Shown here: positions 50,136 to 59,387 of the stretch, in pieces
Numbering within the stretch: position 1 is the first letter of the stretch
Layout: each line of letters starts with the position of its first letter
DNA from: Candidatus Poribacteria bacterium
GTDB lineage: Bacteria; Poribacteria; WGA-4E; WGA-3G
Assembly: GCA_965215265.1 (NCBI GenBank)
Contig: OZ244048.1
Coordinates: forward strand, 832,001 to 896,000
Direction of reading: 5' to 3'
DNA: 64,000 nucleotides
The notes under the pieces: generated by a model
Databases searched by the model: none
What the model saw: the letters and a program-made list of their open reading frames with translations, nothing else
Told to the model about the DNA's origin: nothing
Program-made: the position numbers and the translations under genes

Positions 50136-50175
50136 GTAGGCGGTGTATTAAGGGCAGGCCCCTTAATGCGCCTAC
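50136..50175. repeat. REP-like GTAG palindrome
   Basis: gtaggcg-gtgtattaaggg-cagg-ccccttaatg-cgcctac. Confidence 0.6.
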
Positions 50176-50193
50176 CTGTCTTAAATAATCGTT

Positions 50194-51249
50194 ATGCATT
50201 ATACCGCTTCCCCGGCAGTTTATCATTTTCAACGTGCCGCACACTGTTATCAGCAGATGCGCTATGTTGAAGCAATTCAACACTATCTTGATGGATTAAA
50301 ACTCGACGCGGACCGGCATTATATCTATGCCGACCTCGCTAAAACATACGAGATGCTGGGGAAGTGGGATAGTGCGCTAGCATGCATAGAAACTGCGCTC
50401 CAGTTATCTCCGGATTCGCAGGCTGCGCACCGGCGCAAAGAACGGCTCCTTGAGGAGAAACAGTGCTATGAAACACTGATTTCCCACAGTGGGATCTTGC
50501 AAAACCTTGAATTCCCTCCCCCGGAATTTCTTTCGCGGTTGCAAAAAGAAAGAACGTCAGGACGGGGGACCCAGCACCATTCCCAATGGTCTGTAGCTCT
50601 AGACCGTTTTAACCTCACCTGCGATGCTGCTATGAATGGACAGACCGTCTGGTATATTTCTAGGTTGATTCAACAAATTGACACAGAAATCGGTGGTGTG
50701 TTGAAATGTTATCCTTCTGAACCCGTTTCTGTCCGCATCATTAACAAAAATAGGACTACCGTTTCGCGGCTTTCCATGCCGCAGTGGGCAAGCGGTTGCT
50801 TCGACGGGCAGATTCAAATCACATATTATGCACTTGCCGAACCTGTCCTCGGGGTTTTATACTCCCTCCTCCGGCACGAGTGGGTGCATCTATTGATTCA
50901 TCAGAAGACATGTTTCCGATGCCCGATATGGCTGGATGAAGGACTCGCACAATGCCTCGCACGGCCAATGCTTAAATACGAACAAGATCATGTGAAACAG
51001 TACTCTCAGAACGGCTACCTACTTCCCCCGGACGAACTGAGCCAACCCTTCAGTCAAATGCCTACCAAAAAACGTAAGCTAGCCTACCTTCAATCGAGGA
51101 CCATTGTGGGATATCTCATTCAGCAATTCGGCTTTGCGGCAATCCGCCGGTTGCTTTCTCAAATTGGGAACGGCGTCCATGTTGAGACGGCAATTGATCA
51201 GACGTTTGCAATGTCATTGGCAGAGATTCAGAAGGTAGCCGTCTCATAG
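50194..51249 (+). CDS. TPR plus peptidase MA-like (gluzincin) protein
   Basis: N-terminal TPRs; LRHEWVH...PIWLDEGLA. Confidence 0.85.
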   Translation: MHYTASPAVYHFQRAAHCYQQMRYVEAIQHYLDGLKLDADRHYIYADLAKTYEMLGKWDSALACIETALQLSPDSQAAHRRKERLLEEKQCYETLISHSGILQNLEFPPPEFLSRLQKERTSGRGTQHHSQWSVALDRFNLTCDAAMNGQTVWYISRLIQQIDTEIGGVLKCYPSEPVSVRIINKNRTTVSRLSMPQWASGCFDGQIQITYYALAEPVLGVLYSLLRHEWVHLLIHQKTCFRCPIWLDEGLAQCLARPMLKYEQDHVKQYSQNGYLLPPDELSQPFSQMPTKKRKLAYLQSRTIVGYLIQQFGFAAIRRLLSQIGNGVHVETAIDQTFAMSLAEIQKVAVS

Positions 51250-51340
51250 ATTTTCAAAAAATCCATTGCAGCAAAAACGGATTGTGTTTTTGTCAGGGCA
51301 AGGCCCGCGAACACACCGAGGCTGAGAACACTGCACAACT

Positions 51341-51802
51341 ATGTCGAAATTGGATATCAGTATCCTCATTATTGTTGGGTTAGCGGGGCTGAGTTGTTAT
51401 CGCATGGGATTTACCCGAAGCGTCTGGGGCATAGTTTCTCTCGGTGCCGGTTTCTGGAGTGCAAACCTTTTCTGGCGAAAACTAGCACCCTATATCCACC
51501 GATTTGTGGATAATCCAAACGCGGCGAAATGGCTTAGCATTGTCGCCGTTGTTATTATCACTGCCATCCTCGTGGATATGCTGTTTGAAAGGCTCCGGTG
51601 CGTTTTTGAAACCGGCATTTTAGGATGGCTAAATAAGTTGTTCGGACTCGGTTTCGGCATCGTTTCTAGTGGAATTTTAATTGCCTTCGCGCTCATTCTT
51701 CTCGACATGTATGCCGGCGATTGGTTTAGAACGGAAATTGTGAACTCTCATTTCGCACCCCAACTCATGGATATCGCCCGTCACCTTTGGAAGTATCATT
51801 GA
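51341..51802 (+). CDS. CvpA-family membrane protein
   Basis: LDI...GF.R, LNKLFGLGFG, four TM helices. Confidence 0.8.
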   Translation: MSKLDISILIIVGLAGLSCYRMGFTRSVWGIVSLGAGFWSANLFWRKLAPYIHRFVDNPNAAKWLSIVAVVIITAILVDMLFERLRCVFETGILGWLNKLFGLGFGIVSSGILIAFALILLDMYAGDWFRTEIVNSHFAPQLMDIARHLWKYH

Positions 51803-51870
51803 CAAAAAAACGCCTAACAGATACTGTAAAAATGTTGCCTTAAACTTCTATATACCTTGAAAAAATATAC

Positions 51871-52500
51871 ATGAATAAAGCTATAGAAAAGGTTACCGCA
51901 TTTATAACCCGCGAAAGAAATGGGCTCAAGGAGTTACTCGTATTTAAGCATCCGACAACAGGTATCCAAATTCCTGCGGGAACCGTTGAAGAGGGTGAAG
52001 GGCTCGAAACAGCCGTAAGGAGGGAAGTCGAGGAAGAAACGGGTTTGCAGATTGTAAACGTCGAAAAATATCTTGGCTATGTTGAAAATGAACTAAAAGA
52101 TACAGAAAGAATAATAGCGAAGACAGCCAAGGTTTATATTGAAGCCAGCTTAAACGCGACATCCTACGAGGAAAAATTAACCAGAGAACTTACTGTCGAT
52201 TACCATGCCATCTCCGAGGATTTCACACGCATTTCATACATCGAATACAACAAATTCCCCCAACCCGCCTCCATCCTCTATAACATTACAGGATGGGTCC
52301 AGAGTCAAAATCTAAGTGCCCAAAAAACAAGACATTTTTTCCAGCTAAGTACACAAGAGAAGACAAAGGATGCATGGCAACTAAAAAGCGATAAAGATCA
52401 TATTTTCGAGCCTTACTGGACACCGCTTAAACCCAAACCTCAAGTTGTGGAACCGCAATCCAAATGGTTGGATTTTGTCTACAAGAGGATTTCTACGTAA
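51871..52500 (+). CDS. NUDIX hydrolase
   Basis: GTVEEGEGLETAVRREVEEETGL Nudix box. Confidence 0.9.
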   Translation: MNKAIEKVTAFITRERNGLKELLVFKHPTTGIQIPAGTVEEGEGLETAVRREVEEETGLQIVNVEKYLGYVENELKDTERIIAKTAKVYIEASLNATSYEEKLTRELTVDYHAISEDFTRISYIEYNKFPQPASILYNITGWVQSQNLSAQKTRHFFQLSTQEKTKDAWQLKSDKDHIFEPYWTPLKPKPQVVEPQSKWLDFVYKRIST

Positions 52501-52572
52501 AAATTCTTTAATTTAGTACGGTATTATTTGCTCAACGGTGAGCAAACGGATAATTTTAATAGGAGGAAGCAA

Positions 52573-53475
52573 ATGCAACGAACCGTTTTTTTAGGCGAAC
52601 ATGAAGTCACTTTTCCAGGACCCACTTTAGGCGAACTTCGGGATTGTAATGCTGTGGTGGATTCTGCAGCTGGATTGCACCAACAGATAGAGTCCGACGG
52701 ATATTTGCTCGTTCGCGGTTTAATTGACAGGCAAAAGGTTGCCGCTGCACGTCGTGCGATTCTTGAATACGCCGATGGAAATGGAAAGGATAACGTTTTC
52801 AAGCCGGGAACCGACATCATGGATGCCTTTGCAGGTAAGGGAAGCCCTGGTCGGACTATGGGTGCGCCCGCCGTTACGCATCATCCGGATGTCCTCGCTG
52901 TCTTAGAAGGCGACGAACTTTTCCACTTCTTTCGCAACTTTTTTGGCGGTGATACCCGAACGTTTGATTACAAATGGCTCCGGTTTATCCGCCCTACTGT
53001 TTGGTCTGGACCTCATTTTGATGTTGTTTATATGGGGAGAGGTTCAAAACAGTTGCACACCTGTTGGGTCCCATTCGGCGATGTACCTGCCACGATGGGG
53101 ACACTCGCAGTCCTCGTTGGTTCACACAGTTTACCCAGTTTTGCAAGAATTCGCGATACTTACGGTAAAACCGATGTAGATAAGGATGGGACACCAGGGC
53201 ATTTCGGCAGGGATCCGATGGAAATTAGCGAAAAGTATGGCGGAGAATGGCAAACAGCGGATTTTGAGATGGGCGATGTTATCATCTTTACAATGCACAC
53301 GATGCACACCTCTACCAAGAATCTTTCGGATAGATGGCGTATCAGCTGCGACATCCGTTTTCAGCCGGCGGCAGACGCTATCGACGAACGGTGGATAGGC
53401 AAAAATCCCATTTCGCACACAGGAAGCCAGAAAATTTCGTTTGAAGAAGCGAAAAAGCAGTGGGGACTTGAGTAA
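52573..53475 (+). CDS. Phytanoyl-CoA dioxygenase (PhyH) family 2OG-Fe(II) oxygenase
   Basis: HFD...GDVIIF..TMH...RISCDIRF. Confidence 0.9.
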   Translation: MQRTVFLGEHEVTFPGPTLGELRDCNAVVDSAAGLHQQIESDGYLLVRGLIDRQKVAAARRAILEYADGNGKDNVFKPGTDIMDAFAGKGSPGRTMGAPAVTHHPDVLAVLEGDELFHFFRNFFGGDTRTFDYKWLRFIRPTVWSGPHFDVVYMGRGSKQLHTCWVPFGDVPATMGTLAVLVGSHSLPSFARIRDTYGKTDVDKDGTPGHFGRDPMEISEKYGGEWQTADFEMGDVIIFTMHTMHTSTKNLSDRWRISCDIRFQPAADAIDERWIGKNPISHTGSQKISFEEAKKQWGLE

Positions 53476-53567
53476 AAGGGAGTAGAAATAGTTCGTATTT
53501 TTCACAGCGAACTCGCGGTTTGTTGCCAATAGGCAGATGGTGTATATTGCTAAATGCAAAACCGGAT

Positions 53568-54743
53568 TTAGCAGAACAACGCCCGCCGAATCTGCCGAAC
53601 TGCCTGACGAATCCTATCTTCGTTCTCTACCAGCGCAATCCGTACATAGCCTTCACCGTTGTGTCCAAAACCTGCTCCGGGGGAGACGCAAACCTCTGCA
53701 TCATTGAGGAGTTTCATTGCAAAGTCCATAGAGTTGAGATGTTTCCATGGATGCGGAATCGGTGCCCAGAGGAACATGGATGCCTTTGGATTCGGCACTG
53801 TCCAGCCGATCCGGTTTAAGGCACTAACCATCACATCGCGGCGCTGCTGGTAAACCGCAGCGTTTTCTTGGACGACATCCGCTGGTGTACGAAGTGCCAT
53901 AATAGAAGCCACTTGGATCGGCGCGAAAATACCGTAATCGTAATACCCTTTAATCCGGGCGAGTGCACCAATAATTTCACGATTCCCTACAGCGAAACCA
54001 CATCGCCAGCCTGCCATGTTGTAGGATTTAGAGAGTGAGAAAAACTCAACGCCGACATCCTTCGCACCACGTGCTTGTAGAAAACTGGGTGCCTTATACC
54101 CATCAAAAACGATATCCGCGTACGCCAAATCGTGGATGACTATCATATCCTGCCGTTTGGCGAAATCCACTACCTCTTCAAAGAACGCCAATTCCGCAAC
54201 TGCTCCAGTTGGGTTATGCGGGAAACTCAATATCAATACCTTCGGCCTCGGCCAAATATCACGGGTAATTTCATCCAGAGTCGGAACGAAATGATTTTCC
54301 TCTGTTAAGGGGATGCTGACAACGCTCCCACCCGCGAGGACAACACTGTAGGTATGAATAGGGAATGTCGGATTTGGCACCATCGCCAGGTCGCCTTCGT
54401 CAAGCAACGCGAGTGCCAGATGCCCCAACCCCTCCTTCGTTCCGATTACTGCAATGGCCTCCGTATCCGGATCTATATCCACACCGAACCGCCGTTCATA
54501 ATGCCAACTCACTTCCCGTCGAAGATTGAAAATGCCGCGCGATGCAGAATAGCGATGATTCCGTAATTCTTGTGCTGCCTCACACAGCTTATCCACGACA
54601 GGTTGTGGGGTCCGTTGATTCGGATTCCCCATGCCCAAATCGATAATATCTATGCCTTGCTGCCGACGTTCGTGCGTTAATTGCTTAAGTTTACCAAACA
54701 TATATGGCGGCAGTCGATTCAAGCGTTTTGAAAATATGTTCAT
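53568..54743 (-). CDS. Class I/II aminotransferase (AlaC / LL-DAP aminotransferase-like)
   Basis: DLGMGNP, GTKEG, PHNPT, DLAY, SLSKSYNMAGWR. Confidence 0.92.
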   Translation of the reverse strand: MNIFSKRLNRLPPYMFGKLKQLTHERRQQGIDIIDLGMGNPNQRTPQPVVDKLCEAAQELRNHRYSASRGIFNLRREVSWHYERRFGVDIDPDTEAIAVIGTKEGLGHLALALLDEGDLAMVPNPTFPIHTYSVVLAGGSVVSIPLTEENHFVPTLDEITRDIWPRPKVLILSFPHNPTGAVAELAFFEEVVDFAKRQDMIVIHDLAYADIVFDGYKAPSFLQARGAKDVGVEFFSLSKSYNMAGWRCGFAVGNREIIGALARIKGYYDYGIFAPIQVASIMALRTPADVVQENAAVYQQRRDVMVSALNRIGWTVPNPKASMFLWAPIPHPWKHLNSMDFAMKLLNDAEVCVSPGAGFGHNGEGYVRIALVENEDRIRQAVRQIRRALFC

Positions 54744-54795
54744 CTTTTTCTATGCTTTGCACGCGCTAAGTTATTTTTTTTCACACACAATGATT

Positions 54796-55575
54796 TTAAA
54801 TGCGCGTAACTCTTTTTTTTGCCTCTGCAGCCGCGTTGTGTGCTTGCCGGGTCGGTTCTGGCAAACGATAACCACCGCCACAAGCAAAACAGAAAGCTAT
54901 TGCCGAATTCAAACCGATGCGATGCCCGATTGAGACGTAGACTACCCGAATTTTTGATCGGGTACGGACAGCGGCACCGATAACCTCGCCCTGATTTTTG
55001 ATAGAATTTCCACCGTTCCCGATTGCCCGGCGACTAGTGTCATATAGATATTCATAAGCGCCGCGTTCCGCGTCAGGTTCTTCGTGTCGTCCCCACAAGC
55101 GGGATTTCGCACACCCAATCGTCGGTTTGTCCAAAATTAGCCCTAGGTGCGATGCAATGCCAAACCGCCGGGGATGCGCAATGCCGTGTCCATCAACGAT
55201 AACAAGGTCCGGCTCCGTTTGCAACTGTGAAAAAGCCGCTAAGAGCGCAGGCACCTCCCGAAATGACAGCAACCCCGGGATATAAGGAAAACGAACAGGG
55301 CTTTCAACAACCACCCGTTCTACTTCCTCCAATGCGGGAAAACTGAGGACCACCACAGAGGCGAGAGCTAGCTCCTTTGAGATAGGATTTTTCACGTCCG
55401 AAGAATCAGCACGTTTGCCTTTACGTACTAGATTCCGCAGTCCAATGTCCACACCGGCCACAGTCGCAATTGTTGAAAACCGGTCTGTCTGAATCACCTG
55501 TGTGCACAAGTTGTTTTGGAGGTGCCGCGCTTGTTCAGGGGTAACGTCCCATGAATGTAGAACGTGGTATTGCAT
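54796..55575 (-). CDS. nfi: Endonuclease V
   Basis: AGVD, PYIPGLLSFRE, DGHGIAHPRRFGIASH, GCAKS, YRLPEPTR. Confidence 0.95.
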   Translation of the reverse strand: MQYHVLHSWDVTPEQARHLQNNLCTQVIQTDRFSTIATVAGVDIGLRNLVRKGKRADSSDVKNPISKELALASVVVLSFPALEEVERVVVESPVRFPYIPGLLSFREVPALLAAFSQLQTEPDLVIVDGHGIAHPRRFGIASHLGLILDKPTIGCAKSRLWGRHEEPDAERGAYEYLYDTSRRAIGNGGNSIKNQGEVIGAAVRTRSKIRVVYVSIGHRIGLNSAIAFCFACGGGYRLPEPTRQAHNAAAEAKKRVTRI

Positions 55576-55633
55576 CACTGCCGCTGTTCGTTTTTACGGA
55601 TGCGTTTCTAATAACATGATACCAGAAACTGCA

Positions 55634-55798
55634 TCACTTGTCAAATCTTTTTTCCGTCGCCTTTTCAATATCGACGGTTCTAGGCTTTGAGATACGCTGG
55701 ATGCCTGCAAAAAAGGCGTTCAGCATCAAATAACCACTACCGATGCCTATGAGGGCACCCAAGCCACCTATAATCAACTCAATTCCGTTAAACATCAT
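55634..55798 (-). CDS. Small (54-aa) single-TM protein, absent from the ORF track
   Basis: GGAGG RBS; MMFNGIELIIGGLGALIGIGSGYLMLNAFFAGIQRISKPRTVDIEKATEKRFDK*. Confidence 0.7.
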   Translation of the reverse strand: MMFNGIELIIGGLGALIGIGSGYLMLNAFFAGIQRISKPRTVDIEKATEKRFDK

Positions 55799-55975
55799 GT
55801 ATGCCTCCTATTGTCTCAATCTGCTGATTTCTACCGTACACCGTAGGTGGGTACATCAAATCGTCCTTGCCGGGCGGCAGATTAACACCTTCTGCCGCAA
55901 GTGTTAATCAAAATAAACGATGACTCCGTGAACTGGTTTCAGATCTGCTCACTTATACAATGATATTATTAGATT

Positions 55976-55992
55976 AGCAAGAATTGTGCCAA
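55976..55992 (-). promoter_or_regulatory. sigma54 (-24/-12) promoter
   Basis: Minus strand TTGGCAC-AATTC-TTGCT matches the TGGCAC-N5-TTGCW consensus. Confidence 0.7.
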
Positions 55993-56192
55993 CGGTGAAC
56001 AAGATAAATAGAACGTGAGATAGGGCTGGTGTATCTCATTGGACACAAAAAGACTGGTAATTTGAGGATGAGGTGTGGTAAAATAGAAACATACATCAAA
56101 CGACATGTTGCATCGTAATTCACGAAACTACGCGCTATCTTAAAAACAGACGTTCATTTTAATTTTACGGTAAAGTCATTAGGAGCAAGTAG

Positions 56193-56768
56193 ATGTTATA
56201 TTTGGACTCGCTAGACAATTACACGCAAAACAGCACACAAAATCATTTCGCCATTTGCCATGAGGACGTTAAAGGGATTCGCACCATCCGGGAACTTACA
56301 CCCTCTGTGGAATTATTAAAAAAATGGGATGCGCAGCTAATTGAGTGGGAAGACTTCCGAGGCGCGTTCAAAACCGAGCTCCGGCAAGAGTACAATAAAG
56401 GGGATGACAGCCGACTCAAGGGGCTCGCGAAATACTCTATTGAAAACGAGGTAATCCTCTATTCCCCTGAACCACCCGGCGAACAGACGTATCGGGCAAT
56501 TTTAGCAGAAGTGCTTAACGCCATCTGGGAGAACACGGGAGTCACTATCCGAGCCATCGACTATGCGTCAAACAGCTCGCTCGCTCCCGCACACCGTCAA
56601 CAGATGGAAAAGATTGCACACACCTGCGAGCATTATGAGCAGTTAGAATCTACTGAACGCCGCAAGTCCTGCCTGCAATGTAAGTATTTAGATATAACCC
56701 TCTATACATGCGAAAAATTAGTCAAGCCGGTTATACAGTACGAATGGAGCGAACCACGCCCCCTTTAG
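56193..56768 (+). CDS. DUF488-like protein with Cys-rich C-terminus
   Basis: ELTPSVELLKKW...WEDFRGAFKTEL; C-terminal CEHY...CLQC...CEK. Confidence 0.6.
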   Translation: MLYLDSLDNYTQNSTQNHFAICHEDVKGIRTIRELTPSVELLKKWDAQLIEWEDFRGAFKTELRQEYNKGDDSRLKGLAKYSIENEVILYSPEPPGEQTYRAILAEVLNAIWENTGVTIRAIDYASNSSLAPAHRQQMEKIAHTCEHYEQLESTERRKSCLQCKYLDITLYTCEKLVKPVIQYEWSEPRPL

Positions 56769-56790
56769 TCATAGCGATAGTGGACTCAAC

Positions 56791-57534
56791 CTACATATCC
56801 CCTCGTCGTATTTGTGCCAATAATTCAGCAATAACGGACGGCACGAGGTTGGCAATAGAATCGCCCCCTTCAAGTTGACGGCGTACTGCCGTTGATGACA
56901 TGTCCGCATAAATCTCCGGCAACATGATAGATGAAATGTACTGTGCATAAGGACGGACCGCCGGCTGCGCCTTAAAACTCGCTATTGTCTCCACATCCGC
57001 TTCAGCGCGATTCGCCACAATGAAACGGCACCCCGAAAACAGTTGCCGCAATTCGCCATCAAAGTCGGTGTAATACTTCGGCTCAAAAATCCGGAGGAGC
57101 GTGTCATATCCTACAAGAAAATGGAACTCAGTTTGCGTCGGATACAGAATACTTAAGGCGGTAATTTTGTCAATGTACCTGCCGTGACTTGAAGCACCCA
57201 CAGAAAATCCAGGTTTGTCTGCCGCATACCGTCTGAGCATAACGAGCCGCGCAGCCAGTGGCAAACCGAATACCTCTTTGTCTACATTCGCCTTTGCCAG
57301 CAGCAGCAGCAGCTCATCTAAGTGAAACTGCGAAATTACCTGCTCCATGAATGCTGTATGTGCGACAGTCAACGGATTGAAGGCACCTGAAAAAATGCCT
57401 AGCTTCTGACCGGGTTGGCGAATTGATGGATTTGAACGGTGAACTAACTCTATGCACGGAGATGCCGTAGGGTCCAATCGGCAGAAGAGCTTCTCAAACC
57501 TTTCATAGTCAGCGGCGTTAAGACCTTTCATCAT
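56791..57534 (-). CDS. Nucleotidyltransferase, NMN/NaMN adenylyltransferase-like
   Basis: GAFNPLTVAH, GYDTLLRIFEPKYY, SSTAVR. Confidence 0.85.
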   Translation of the reverse strand: MMKGLNAADYERFEKLFCRLDPTASPCIELVHRSNPSIRQPGQKLGIFSGAFNPLTVAHTAFMEQVISQFHLDELLLLLAKANVDKEVFGLPLAARLVMLRRYAADKPGFSVGASSHGRYIDKITALSILYPTQTEFHFLVGYDTLLRIFEPKYYTDFDGELRQLFSGCRFIVANRAEADVETIASFKAQPAVRPYAQYISSIMLPEIYADMSSTAVRRQLEGGDSIANLVPSVIAELLAQIRRGDM

Positions 57535-58399
57535 CTTCTGATTTTTTCGCGGCTTGCCAGATTTTCTCAAGTTCTTCAAGATTATAGTCTTTAAAGGATT
57601 TGCCGCCGCTTTCTAATTCAGACTCCATCCATTTAAAGCGCGTCGTAAACTTGCGGTTTGCTTTCCGTAACGCCTCTTCTGCCTGAACGTCGACAAACCG
57701 ACACAGATTAACGACAGCAAACAGCAAATCGCCGAGTTCCATCTCTACCTCGCCCGGTTCATCAGTTTTGAGACTCCCCTTGACTTCTCGGATTTCTTCA
57801 TCAACCTTTGAGATAACGTCAGTAAGTTCATCCCAATCAAACCCGACACCTGCCGCGCGTCGTTGTAATTTCTGTGCCTTGTACAGCGCTGGCATCGCAT
57901 CTGGAACACCATCAAGAACAGAGCGTCTATCTTCATAACCGCGCTCTTGCCGTTTAATCTCCTCCCAATTTTTGATAACCGTCTCTGCATCATCTACCTC
58001 AGTATTCCCAAACACATGCGGATGCCGACGAATCAGTTTCTCAGTGATGGCTTCAATCACATCGTAAACATTAAAGTGCTCGCTTTCATACGCAATCTGT
58101 GCTTGGAGCATTACATTCAGGAGCAAATCGCCGAGCTCCTCTTTAAGTTTTGCTGGCACTTTGGCATCAATCGCTTCTACAACCTCGTAACTTTCCTCGA
58201 TGAGCGTCGGTTTTAACGTCTCATGCGTCTGCTCCCGGTCCCACGGGCAACCGTTTTCGCTCCGCAACGCCGCGATGATGTCAATAAGGACTTCAAATTT
58301 TTTGGAAGCTGGAGTACTATCAGACGGCCCGCCGTAAATACTGTCTAAATTGCGTAGGAGGTTTCTGATACTGTCGGAATCGAAAGGTTCTTTTTTCAT
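57518..58399 (-). CDS. mazG: Nucleoside triphosphate pyrophosphohydrolase
   Basis: GCPWDREQT, EELGDLL, KLIRRHPHVF, GFDW, ELGDLLF. Confidence 0.96.
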   Translation of the reverse strand: MKKEPFDSDSIRNLLRNLDSIYGGPSDSTPASKKFEVLIDIIAALRSENGCPWDREQTHETLKPTLIEESYEVVEAIDAKVPAKLKEELGDLLLNVMLQAQIAYESEHFNVYDVIEAITEKLIRRHPHVFGNTEVDDAETVIKNWEEIKRQERGYEDRRSVLDGVPDAMPALYKAQKLQRRAAGVGFDWDELTDVISKVDEEIREVKGSLKTDEPGEVEMELGDLLFAVVNLCRFVDVQAEEALRKANRKFTTRFKWMESELESGGKSFKDYNLEELEKIWQAAKKSEDDERS

Positions 58400-58433
58400 A
58401 CAGTTTTCCTTAATCCCAAATTAAGAGGTAAAT

Positions 58434-59132
58434 TCAGGCAATTCCATTATCCTGCAGGGCTTCTAATTGAATAATGAGCTGCCCGAGTTGCATCCGCAGG
58501 AGCAACGTATAGATTTGTAGAAGTAGTGCAACCTGTGCCTCTGTTGGTAATTCGCTGGCGTGAATCATTGAGAAGAATTTGTCTGCACGTTCGCGAACTT
58601 GTGCAGCTTGTTCAATATTAATGTCTTCAGCCTCTGTTGTACTCTCCTTGATGAACTGCCAGATCCGGTCCTGAATCTCCAACATATAATTTTTAGACAT
58701 GACGGTGCGCGCACGCTTCGCAGAATCCACCCAGATCGTATTTGCCTTCCAATTCAACATAAAAGCGATACCGTTGATAATCACATCGCGAAGGTTATCC
58801 TCACCGGATATAAGTTCCTCAAACTTCGTAATTCCCTCAGCCTCTGCAGAGAAAGTACGCACGCGAGTATACTCCTTCAGATTACTGAGCATCAGTTCGT
58901 TTTCAGTGATGAGATTCCACAATTCTGCACTTGTTGAAAGCAGCACTTCCACCTGATTACGAACTGTGTACGGCAGCTCCGCGCGGATGCAGTAGTAGTG
59001 GACACTGTGGAGCCGACTCCGAAATTGATGCAGGTTTTCCGTTGACTGAATTTCTAGTGAGAGAGCAATCTTTGGGAGTAGTTCTTTTTGAATCTGGTTT
59101 AAAAGTTCATCAATAGGGCGTTCAGCATTCAT
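58434..59132 (-). CDS. Hypothetical alpha-helical protein
   Basis: Long ORF co-oriented with mazG; TTGACA-N17-TAGGAT just upstream of ATG 59132. Confidence 0.75.
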   Translation of the reverse strand: MNAERPIDELLNQIQKELLPKIALSLEIQSTENLHQFRSRLHSVHYYCIRAELPYTVRNQVEVLLSTSAELWNLITENELMLSNLKEYTRVRTFSAEAEGITKFEELISGEDNLRDVIINGIAFMLNWKANTIWVDSAKRARTVMSKNYMLEIQDRIWQFIKESTTEAEDINIEQAAQVRERADKFFSMIHASELPTEAQVALLLQIYTLLLRMQLGQLIIQLEALQDNGIA

Positions 59133-59387
59133 ACCTATTATCCTAACAGATTTTCTTAGGAATGTCAAACGTTTTTTACCCGTGGTGCCAACATTACAAC
59201 CCTTTATAGCAGTGCAGTGCAATTCCTGACTCTCAATGCCGGTAGAACGATTTACCAAGCACGATGCCCTTCTTCTGTTGCATTGGCACGCCTTGTTTAT
59301 AGAAACGTATTGCCTACCATCTCCTGCAATTTGGCACCCAAACGAAAAAACTTGACATCCATGGACAATTTATGCTAAAATTAAGGC

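Noticed and set aside
59283-59300. TTGGCACG as a second sigma54 promoter
   Set aside because: No TTGC at the required -12 spacing
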